DNA of 64,000 nt, taken from the NCBI GenBank assembly GCA_949290785.1, contig CASETE010000023.1, positions 10,537-74,536 of the forward strand. The letters are read 5' to 3'. The notes under the pieces are model-generated. The model worked only from the letters and a program-made list of their open reading frames with translations, was not told where the DNA came from and did no database searches. Source of the stretch: an uncultured Pseudomonadota bacterium. GTDB lineage: Bacteria > Pseudomonadota > Alphaproteobacteria > Rs-D84. Position 1 is the stretch's first letter. Each line of letters begins with the position of its first letter. Shown in pieces: positions 28,332-36,281 of this stretch. The position numbers and the translations under genes are program-made.

Positions 28332-30596
28332 ATGAAAAGATTTATCGCAGTACTTAGTGGTTTGTTGGTTTTACCCGCTTTTGCAGAGGTAGCACCCGCT
28401 TATTATTACGAAGAATTGATGGAGTATTCTGATGAATACTCGGAGCCTGCAGAAACAGAACAACAGCAGGAACAGGAAGAAAAAAACGACACAAAACAAG
28501 TCGCACCGGTCGTTCCCGTTACGACGACTTCCGTCAGCCCGCGTACAGCAACAGGTAGAATAACCGCTTCACGTGCAATCCCTTCTACTAGCACGACCAG
28601 CGGTCGCAATACCGTATCAACAAGAACAGTTTCTCCGGCTCGTACAGTTACAGCAAGAACAGCTGCGACAAACACCGTTAACACAACCACAGCAACAAGA
28701 ACTGTGTCATCAGGTCGTCCAACAACAACAGGACGCACGGCGACTACTTCTACACGTTCTATTACACCGGTACAAACAGTAACAACGCGTCAAAGTTCTG
28801 CTAACGCTAACAAAGTGCAAAACGCAAGGGCTTCCATCGTACAAACAGATACCGTTGCAACACCACTATACGTCAGCAGCAGAATAGGTACAAGCACTTC
28901 AGCGGTTCGTTCACGTACGCCTACAATTCGCGCGGGGACAACCACTACAACAACTACAACAGACACAACGTCCAGCATGTCATTAGATGAACTGGCACAG
29001 GTTACTGATTTTTGCAAGGCTCAATACACCGCTTGTATGGATAACTTCTGTAACGTGTTAGACGATAATCAAGGTCGTTGCAGTTGCAGCGCGAACTTGA
29101 AAAATTACGCAGAAACAGAGGCTGCCTTGAAGCAAGCAACCGAAGAATTACAAGACGTCGCCCAAAAAATCCAATACATAGGTCTAAGCGCTGATGAAAT
29201 AGAAACTCTGTTCACACAGACCGAGGCTGAATTAGAAATGCAGACGACAACTGATAATACTCAGCTGAAAAACGACCTTGATAAAATCAAAAAGATGATT
29301 ATCGACGTTGAAACAGGAAAAGCATCTTCTACAACAACCAGCGGTTTAAGTCTAGATTTGACGGGTCTGTTGGACTTTACAATTGACAGCACTGGGTTTG
29401 ATTTAGGTGCATTACTGGGAACGTCTTCGGACACCAGCAGCATCAGCAATCAACGCGGTGAACAACTGTACAAAACTGCGGCGGCACGTTGTAAGGCATC
29501 TGTATTAAACAGTTGCGCCGCACAGGGGGTTGATATAACTGTCATAACAAATTCGTATGATTTGGAAATTGATAAGCAATGTATCATATACGAACGCAGT
29601 TTAACTGATTCTAATGACCAAATGAGCGCGACCGTCAGAAACGCAAAAAGCGTTTTACAAAAAGCGCGTCTATTGGTTGCACAACAAAAGAACACGTATG
29701 ATTTACGTGGATGCGTAAACGCCTTAGACTCTTGCATGCAAGACGACTTCGTCTGTGGCAGCGATTATGAAAACTGCTTGGACCCAACCGGAAAGTTTAT
29801 CGTCAATGGCGAAATCGTTATCGGCAGTAAACCAGGTGTACCAGGTGACGTTGAAAACGGCGCAATATATGACACTTGGACATACGACAATAATAAAAAT
29901 GCTTGGAGCGAAACAGGTTTATTAAGCGACTATATTACAAAAACAGTTACAGCAAATGCCGCACAAAACCCGTCTACAAACATGTCCGAATTTTTACAAA
30001 ATAAAATCGGATATCACGATGATAAAGACGGTAAAAATTACGGTATGTGCATGTCTGTACTAAATAAATGCCAAGACATTACTTATACCGGCAACGGTCA
30101 AAACTTAAAATACAACCCAACAAATGATGTAATTAAAGAGTTCTTGAACCGTACGCTGATACAAATAAAATCTGCCCAAGATTCATTGTTATCAGAATAT
30201 GCCGAAACATGCATAACAGATGTATCTTCTTGTTTGGCGCAAAACAATTACAATACTTTGAACCCGACAAGCATCAATATAGCAATCAATGCATGTAAAG
30301 CAAATATAACAACTTGTATGTCTGCAACGGGCGCAACAGGAACAAGCATTCCCGACATGGCCGATTGGGTAGGACAAGTATTATCAAACCCAACATGCCC
30401 TTCTAATGCAACAGGCACATATCCAGATTGCGTTTGCACCAGCACAACAGCAACATATGTACCAACTGCAAACGTATGTATGTCATGTCCAACAGAAAAC
30501 GCACAGACTGGTTCAAAATATCCTAATTGCCAATGCAATTCAGGCTATACATATAACCAGAAAACTAACACGTGCGAACAAAATGCAGAACCTTAA
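28332..30596 (+). CDS. Exported cysteine-rich hypothetical protein with Thr/Ser/Arg low-complexity stalk
   Basis: Signal peptide (AFA-E), about 150 aa rich in T/S/R, 26 Cys by hand count, own promoter and terminator. Confidence 0.85.
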   Translation: MKRFIAVLSGLLVLPAFAEVAPAYYYEELMEYSDEYSEPAETEQQQEQEEKNDTKQVAPVVPVTTTSVSPRTATGRITASRAIPSTSTTSGRNTVSTRTVSPARTVTARTAATNTVNTTTATRTVSSGRPTTTGRTATTSTRSITPVQTVTTRQSSANANKVQNARASIVQTDTVATPLYVSSRIGTSTSAVRSRTPTIRAGTTTTTTTTDTTSSMSLDELAQVTDFCKAQYTACMDNFCNVLDDNQGRCSCSANLKNYAETEAALKQATEELQDVAQKIQYIGLSADEIETLFTQTEAELEMQTTTDNTQLKNDLDKIKKMIIDVETGKASSTTTSGLSLDLTGLLDFTIDSTGFDLGALLGTSSDTSSISNQRGEQLYKTAAARCKASVLNSCAAQGVDITVITNSYDLEIDKQCIIYERSLTDSNDQMSATVRNAKSVLQKARLLVAQQKNTYDLRGCVNALDSCMQDDFVCGSDYENCLDPTGKFIVNGEIVIGSKPGVPGDVENGAIYDTWTYDNNKNAWSETGLLSDYITKTVTANAAQNPSTNMSEFLQNKIGYHDDKDGKNYGMCMSVLNKCQDITYTGNGQNLKYNPTNDVIKEFLNRTLIQIKSAQDSLLSEYAETCITDVSSCLAQNNYNTLNPTSINIAINACKANITTCMSATGATGTSIPDMADWVGQVLSNPTCPSNATGTYPDCVCTSTTATYVPTANVCMSCPTENAQTGSKYPNCQCNSGYTYNQKTNTCEQNAEP

Positions 30597-30622
30597 AAAA
30601 ATCCCCGTTTTGGGGATTTTTT
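30595..30622. terminator. Bidirectional terminator
   Basis: AAAAAATCCCC-GTTTT-GGGGATTTTTT. Confidence 0.8.
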
Positions 30623-30691
30623 AATTATATTTTAAATGAATATGCAATTTATAAATTTATATCAATATATATAAATTATATAATAAATTAA

Positions 30692-31141
30692 TTATTGCCC
30701 AATTATTAAATTCGGTCTTGCTTTGCGTAAATTTTCCAATGCTTTGGCCTGTACTTTTTCAAATTCCACAGGATTCCATATTTGAAAACTGTTACCACGT
30801 CCAACAAATACGGCCGCGTTTTGTATCCCAGCATGACGCAATAAATCCTCTGGTATAACGATACGACCGGTAACATCAAAGGTTAATGGCCGTGCATCCG
30901 CAAATAACATTGCTGACAAATCGTCTAAACCGCCGTCAAAAACGCCCATTTTGTCTGTTGCCGCTGCAAGCTGTTCCATCCGAGACATAGATAGACCTTC
31001 TATGCACTTATGCGTAAAAGACCTGTATAAGACAACGCCAGCAAACCTGTCAGACGCAATTGAAGCCCGGAAAGAAGCCGGTACAGATATCCGCCCCTTG
31101 GTATCCAAACGATTTTCATAAGATGAGAGAAACAATGACAT
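30692..31141 (-). CDS. mraZ: Transcriptional regulator MraZ
   Basis: FLSSYENRLDTKGRISVPASFR and DVTGRIVIP..FVGRG..FQIW duplicated SpoVT-AbrB motifs. Confidence 0.92.
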   Translation of the reverse strand: MSLFLSSYENRLDTKGRISVPASFRASIASDRFAGVVLYRSFTHKCIEGLSMSRMEQLAAATDKMGVFDGGLDDLSAMLFADARPLTFDVTGRIVIPEDLLRHAGIQNAAVFVGRGNSFQIWNPVEFEKVQAKALENLRKARPNLIIGQ

Positions 31142-31518
31142 TTTACGGTCTTTGTTTGCGGGCACCTGCCCTAGTTCTTGTCCGAGTTCATATGAAACTT
31201 AGCACGCGTTTTTATGGTTGTCAATGACAATTTATAATTAAGTTATGGGATTTTATGGTTTATTAAATAAAATTAACATTTTTTAAAATAAATTTAAAAT
31301 AAATGCATTTTCCACTTGACCTGCGATTCGTTTTTGTTCTAAGATTCAGGTATAGACAAGGAGAAAAAGTTTTTAAACACCAGAAAACCGCTAAAAAACC
31401 GGATTTCTGCAAAAAAATTAAATTAACAAAAAAATTTAATCGTTGATTTTGTAAATACACTATGTACATACAAAAAAAAAGATTAAATCAAACAACGCCC
31501 AGAAAGGAGGGACCGCGC

Positions 31519-31854
31519 ATGTCAAAAAACATTAAAGAAATAATGATTGCCTTGAACCAAGTATTAACAACTACAGTTTGGGTTAACGAAGACCGCCAGA
31601 TAATATCTTTATCCGATGAATTACAAATCGGACAAAACAACGCACCACGTTCAATAGAAGACTTGCCACGCAATTCTTTGGTTGGCGCTTATGTATCACT
31701 ACAAATTAGAACAGATAACTTTGACGTAGCCGCAGAAAGCTTGGATACAAAAACTTTGGCTCTACGCGTAAAAGAAATGGTATTTACAGAAGCAAAGAAA
31801 ATTATAGATGCCGCAGATAATGTAACGAATAACAAAATTGCAAAGGCTGCCTGA
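31519..31854 (+). CDS. Hypothetical 111-aa cytoplasmic protein ending in -AA
   Basis: AAGGAGG SD at 31504-31510, ATG at 31519; no recognised motif. Confidence 0.75.
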   Translation: MSKNIKEIMIALNQVLTTTVWVNEDRQIISLSDELQIGQNNAPRSIEDLPRNSLVGAYVSLQIRTDNFDVAAESLDTKTLALRVKEMVFTEAKKIIDAADNVTNNKIAKAA

Positions 31855-31927
31855 TACGCTATATAAGCGCGGTTATCACAAGGCATGCATCTTACACAGT
31901 TTCTGGGAAACCAGAAGGAAGGGAGCA

Positions 31928-31962
31928 GCCGCCAACAAGTAATTGTTGGCGGTTTCATTTTT
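31928..31962. terminator. Intrinsic terminator
   Basis: CCGCCAACAA-GTAA-TTGTTGGCGG followed by a T-rich tail. Confidence 0.75.
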
Positions 31963-31972
31963 ATAGCACCGA

Positions 31973-34666
31973 CTAAAACCTTAACACACCGCGTATATTG
32001 CCAGAATAGTTATAGTACCCTTGCCTAATGGCAAAATCTGCACCGAACGTTACATCGTAAACTTCACCAACACCTAATTTTAGTTTTATGCCCCCGGACG
32101 TTTGCCAATGCGATAAACGTTGTGTAGCAATAGAATATTCATTTCCCATTATAAGCACGTTTATATCTTCAACAGCCGCGTGCCAATCATATGATGCCCC
32201 TAATTCTATTATAGGCGTAATCGTCAATTCATCGTCATAACTGAAATTGTATTCTGCGGACAATCTTGCATACGTGGTTAAAAAATCTAAATTTGCGTTT
32301 GATATTTCTTGACCTGCTGTATCAACAGAAGAACCGCGATGAACCGACATGTACCGAGTACCTATATAAGGAATAACATTTAATTTATTAATCGGCAAAA
32401 CGTAACCGATGTCAGACCATACACCTGTTGTATAAACATCCGTGTTATCAAACAAGTGTATACCCGCAACATTTTTCGTTTCATCCATGTCGGTATAGAA
32501 AAAACTTGCATAATTATTCCAAACTAAACTCTCATCGTCATATTTCGCGTAAATACCTATACCATGCGTCGGCGCCTTAATCGACCTTGCCCAGCTTGTT
32601 AATTCATCATATTGATATGTATACGCAGCGCCTAAATTCCAATTAGAAACGTTATATTCTGCGCCTAAACCTAAACCATATCCATAAGCATCAAAATCCG
32701 CATAAAAATCGTTTTCTTTTAGTTTGCCACCAGAACCAAACATCGCACCCCATAACAAGCCTTTACCAACATAATATTCCTGTCTGTCATGCACCATGCC
32801 ATCAAACCTGTTAATATACGAATTACCAAGCGTCTGCATCAGTGGCGCAGGTGAAGGCGCCAAAGCAGTTAACGCCTTTATATACTCAACCGCATCTAAT
32901 TGAACCAATTCATTTAGTTTTTCATAAACTTCATTCGTTACGCTGTTATCGGTCAGCAACATATCCTGCCATCCAAGCGCGGTATTTTCATTATTTTGCG
33001 TTCCACCAGCATTTTTTATAACGTCTAGTATTGAACTTGCTTCAACTACCTCGTACCAACCATTTCCTAATTTTATAAAATCATAAATATTATTATTTAT
33101 TTCCGGAAAGAAGTTATCTGTTATGACCTGATTACTGCGCAATAATTGTAATCTTAAAGAATCAGTACCAGACATAGCATTACTACCAAGAACCACATCA
33201 ATTGCGGCGTTTTCTGATATATTGAATGAATCAGACGTTAAAAAACCATAATTATTAGCATCTTGAACAGACAAACGTAAAATGGCACCAGATTGAAAGT
33301 TTGCAGAAGTAACCGTTGCATTTGTTAAGCCTAAATTTAAAACGCCACCTGAAACGGTCAAATCATTTGCATTAAAAAAATTACCGCTATCTGTAACTGT
33401 TACAACGCCGGATTCTATTGTTACGTTACCCGTGAAACCCGACATATCTTCGTTTAGAACGATGGTACCTCCAGATGGCATTGTATCATTTTCCAGTTCA
33501 TATGCTCTATTCACAATCAACGAACCAGAACCTGTAATCTTGTCATTAAAAGTTATCTGATATTGTGGCGCCGCATTTAAAAATAACGATTCAGACGAAT
33601 AAATCGCATTAGATTCACCGGACACTGTATTTCCGCTAAATACGATATCCGCGTTCTGAGCAATCAAAAACAACGCATTTAAATTAAATATTGCACCGCC
33701 ATTATCTGTTGCAGAATTATTTGTAAAACTGCTATCTATTATATACATATCATCCCAATTATACACCGCACCACCGTACGTAGCACTGTTACCTGTAAAA
33801 CTGGAACTTTTTACAACTGCATATAAAGTATCACCCACTATACCATAGTTTGAAATCGCACCACCTGTTTGACCCGCATTATTTTCAAACGTACCGTTTT
33901 CAAGCTCCATCATACCCGTGCTATAAATTGCACCGGCGCCTTGACTGCCGGTATTCCCGGAAAAATAAACTTCACTTAATGTAATGGTATTTGAATTATA
34001 TATCGCCGCACCACTTGATGCTGTATTTGAAACAAACACACCATTAGATATAGTCAAATTACCATCATTAAACGCAACTCCTCCATATTGACCAGACGAA
34101 TTACCCTGAAAAAAACTGTTGTTTATAATCGCATTCGTACCGTATTGTGTATATATTACACCACCATTTCGTGTTGTGCTGTTATCCTCAAAAACGCTGT
34201 CGGACACAATTAAAGAAGCGTTATTACTCTGATAAAAAACGCCACCACCTAAACGTGCGGAATTGTTTGTAAAAGCAGAGTCAGATACAGTCAAACTGCC
34301 ACCAAGGTTTGCAAATACCGCCCCTTGTCCAGACTGATAAAATTTATTAAAAGAACTATTCACATTGGCCGTTTGACCAGAAACAGTAAAACCGCCGCCG
34401 TTCGTCAAAGACATCACATAACCATTTGACACTGTAAAGCCGTTAAACGCACCGCCATCAAAACCAAAACCGCCACCGTTAATTATCGTACTTTCTGCAC
34501 CAGGCACACTTATTAAACGAGTGGACGTAATATCTCCGGTCATATTTATGCTGTTTTCTGTGGCATAGTTTTTATACGCGTTATAAAAATCATTAAAATT
34601 ATTTACGTCTGTAGCATATGCCCTTGAACAGACAATAAACGATACAAAAAAAAGCGATTTTTTCAT
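31973..34666 (-). CDS. Autotransporter with polymorphic-membrane-protein (FxxN/GGA[IV]) repeats
   Basis: Signal peptide, about 9 FxxN...GG(A/V) repeats, C-terminal beta-barrel ending GVLRF. Confidence 0.85.
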   Translation of the reverse strand: MKKSLFFVSFIVCSRAYATDVNNFNDFYNAYKNYATENSINMTGDITSTRLISVPGAESTIINGGGFGFDGGAFNGFTVSNGYVMSLTNGGGFTVSGQTANVNSSFNKFYQSGQGAVFANLGGSLTVSDSAFTNNSARLGGGVFYQSNNASLIVSDSVFEDNSTTRNGGVIYTQYGTNAIINNSFFQGNSSGQYGGVAFNDGNLTISNGVFVSNTASSGAAIYNSNTITLSEVYFSGNTGSQGAGAIYSTGMMELENGTFENNAGQTGGAISNYGIVGDTLYAVVKSSSFTGNSATYGGAVYNWDDMYIIDSSFTNNSATDNGGAIFNLNALFLIAQNADIVFSGNTVSGESNAIYSSESLFLNAAPQYQITFNDKITGSGSLIVNRAYELENDTMPSGGTIVLNEDMSGFTGNVTIESGVVTVTDSGNFFNANDLTVSGGVLNLGLTNATVTSANFQSGAILRLSVQDANNYGFLTSDSFNISENAAIDVVLGSNAMSGTDSLRLQLLRSNQVITDNFFPEINNNIYDFIKLGNGWYEVVEASSILDVIKNAGGTQNNENTALGWQDMLLTDNSVTNEVYEKLNELVQLDAVEYIKALTALAPSPAPLMQTLGNSYINRFDGMVHDRQEYYVGKGLLWGAMFGSGGKLKENDFYADFDAYGYGLGLGAEYNVSNWNLGAAYTYQYDELTSWARSIKAPTHGIGIYAKYDDESLVWNNYASFFYTDMDETKNVAGIHLFDNTDVYTTGVWSDIGYVLPINKLNVIPYIGTRYMSVHRGSSVDTAGQEISNANLDFLTTYARLSAEYNFSYDDELTITPIIELGASYDWHAAVEDINVLIMGNEYSIATQRLSHWQTSGGIKLKLGVGEVYDVTFGADFAIRQGYYNYSGNIRGVLRF

Positions 34667-34736
34667 ATTATATAACCTTTATATACAATACAAAAATCGC
34701 TTAATTTTTAAATAATATCAATATTCATCTATTCCT

Positions 34737-34759
34737 AAAAAAAGCCACACACGGGGCTG
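34737..34759 (-). terminator. Probable terminator after plsX
   Basis: Minus strand AGCC-loop-GGCT followed by a T tract; short stem. Confidence 0.5.
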
Positions 34760-34764
34760 TATAT

Positions 34765-35832
34765 TTATTCTTCTTGAGTTAATATCTCTGCCCGAATTTG
34801 CGCCACAGATTCCGCGCGCTTTTTAATAACGTCGTTCAAGTTTGCATGTGTTAAATCCGCGGCATATTTTATAGAATTTGCAAAAGCCAACGCATCGCTG
34901 TTACCATGCGTTTTAACCGCAAAACCCTTTAAGCCCAAAAAAGTGGCCCCAGCATAAGAACGAGGATCAATCTTGTGCTTTAACCTTTTAAAAACATGAA
35001 CCAAGAAAAATGCGCCGATAATTGCTAAAATAGACTTTTTCAAATTATCAACCAAAACGCGTTTTATTAGTTTTGCGGTACCTTCTACGGTCTTTAATAC
35101 TATATTACCGGTAAACCCGTCTGTAACAACGACTTGTACGTTTCCGCCGCCTATATCATTACCCTCAACAAATCCGATATATTCATAAGGCAACTCATCC
35201 TTATGCGCAGTTAACAATTTATTCAATTTCTGCAAAGTCTCGTTACCCTTTGTATCTTCTTCGCCGATGTTTAATACACCGACTTTTGGTCGTGACATTT
35301 TGCCAATTACTTCGGCATACACGCTGCCCAATACGGCGAAATCAAATAAATTCCCTTCGTCACATTGAACATTTGCCCCCAAATCTAAAACCACCACGCG
35401 AGAATCACCGCCGCCTGACGGCAACATCGTTGTAATAGCAGGTCTTGATATACCTTCAATCGTTTTTAACGCCAGTTTAGACAACGACATTAAAATTCCC
35501 GTATTACCCGCACTGACAACAGCATCTGCCCTACCTTCACGAACGTCCTTTATCGCCATGTACATAGAAGTGTCTTGAGCATGACGAATGACATCACGTA
35601 TTTTATCGGTTCCTTTGATGACATCCGGCGCATTAATAATCTCGCAATTACGGGCAACGCGTGAATACTTAGCCAATAATTTCAATAGCTGTTTTTCGTT
35701 ACCAAATATGCGAAAAAACACCTTGTCTTCACCGTTTTGATACAAGAATTGATTAATTCCACCAAGAACAGCGTTGGGGCCCTTGTCCCCACCCATTGCA
35801 TCAATTGCTATAATTTTCTTTTCTGTTGACAT
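34765..35832 (-). CDS. plsX: Phosphate acyltransferase PlsX
   Basis: IAIDAMGGD, SAGNTG, LDLGAN, LNIGEE, DGFTGN, KTHG. Confidence 0.95.
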   Translation of the reverse strand: MSTEKKIIAIDAMGGDKGPNAVLGGINQFLYQNGEDKVFFRIFGNEKQLLKLLAKYSRVARNCEIINAPDVIKGTDKIRDVIRHAQDTSMYMAIKDVREGRADAVVSAGNTGILMSLSKLALKTIEGISRPAITTMLPSGGGDSRVVVLDLGANVQCDEGNLFDFAVLGSVYAEVIGKMSRPKVGVLNIGEEDTKGNETLQKLNKLLTAHKDELPYEYIGFVEGNDIGGGNVQVVVTDGFTGNIVLKTVEGTAKLIKRVLVDNLKKSILAIIGAFFLVHVFKRLKHKIDPRSYAGATFLGLKGFAVKTHGNSDALAFANSIKYAADLTHANLNDVIKKRAESVAQIRAEILTQEE

Positions 35833-35897
35833 AGTATATTAAAAAAGCAGAACGGCACTTCATGCGCCCTATTCTGCCTTGGTATCTTTATTAAATA

Positions 35898-36047
35898 TTA
35901 TTTTGCACCACATGCAGGACATACATGATGTGGACGTTTCTTTTCACCACAGGTTTTGCAAACACCGCATGGCATGATAGACAAAGCATCATGCGAACGA
36001 CGCTGTGCTGTACGTGATTTACTTGTTTTACTTTTTGGCGTTGCCAT
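35898..36047 (-). CDS. rpmF: 50S ribosomal protein L32 (Zn-ribbon form), not in the ORF track
   Basis: MATPKSKTSKSRTAQRRSHDAL...CKTCGEKKRPHHVCPACGAK; AAGGA SD; precedes plsX. Confidence 0.95.
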   Translation of the reverse strand: MATPKSKTSKSRTAQRRSHDALSIMPCGVCKTCGEKKRPHHVCPACGAK

Positions 36048-36244
36048 TTTACTATCCTTTTATTTACAGTTTGACATTTTATTCAATTCTTACACATTTG
36101 CAAGAAAAACTTTAATCCAAAGCAATCTTTACCCGCCACATAGAACGGTGATAAAATTCATAGAATCACGTTCCAATGTTCCCGATAACTTGTAACACAC
36201 ATTTAATACAAAAAGCCGAGAATGCAGATACAATTAACACTCTT

Positions 36245-36269
36245 TGCCCGGGGCACATATCCCCGGGCA
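36245..36269. other. GC-rich hairpin downstream of rpoC (possible terminator or stability element)
   Basis: TGCCCGGGG-N7-CCCCGGGCA; no clear U tract on the minus strand. Confidence 0.5.
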
Positions 36270-36281
36270 TACTCTATCGGC

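Noticed and set aside
30623-30691. Very AT-rich quasi-palindromic tract as origin or dif site
   Set aside because: No DnaA-box cluster or XerC/D consensus; likely a low-complexity spacer between convergent genes
31780-31965. tmRNA gene suggested by the tag-like ADN...AA reading frame
   Set aside because: The peptide is the in-frame end of an ORF with a strong SD; no tRNA-like acceptor or T-arm pieces are visible nearby
31860-31965. Canonical SRP RNA (ffs)
   Set aside because: Lacks the CAGGTCC strand needed to close the GGAA tetraloop helix; kept only as a weak finding
36168-36182. Alphaproteobacterial LexA box (GTTC-N7-GTTC)
   Set aside because: Spacing is 4 nt, not 7
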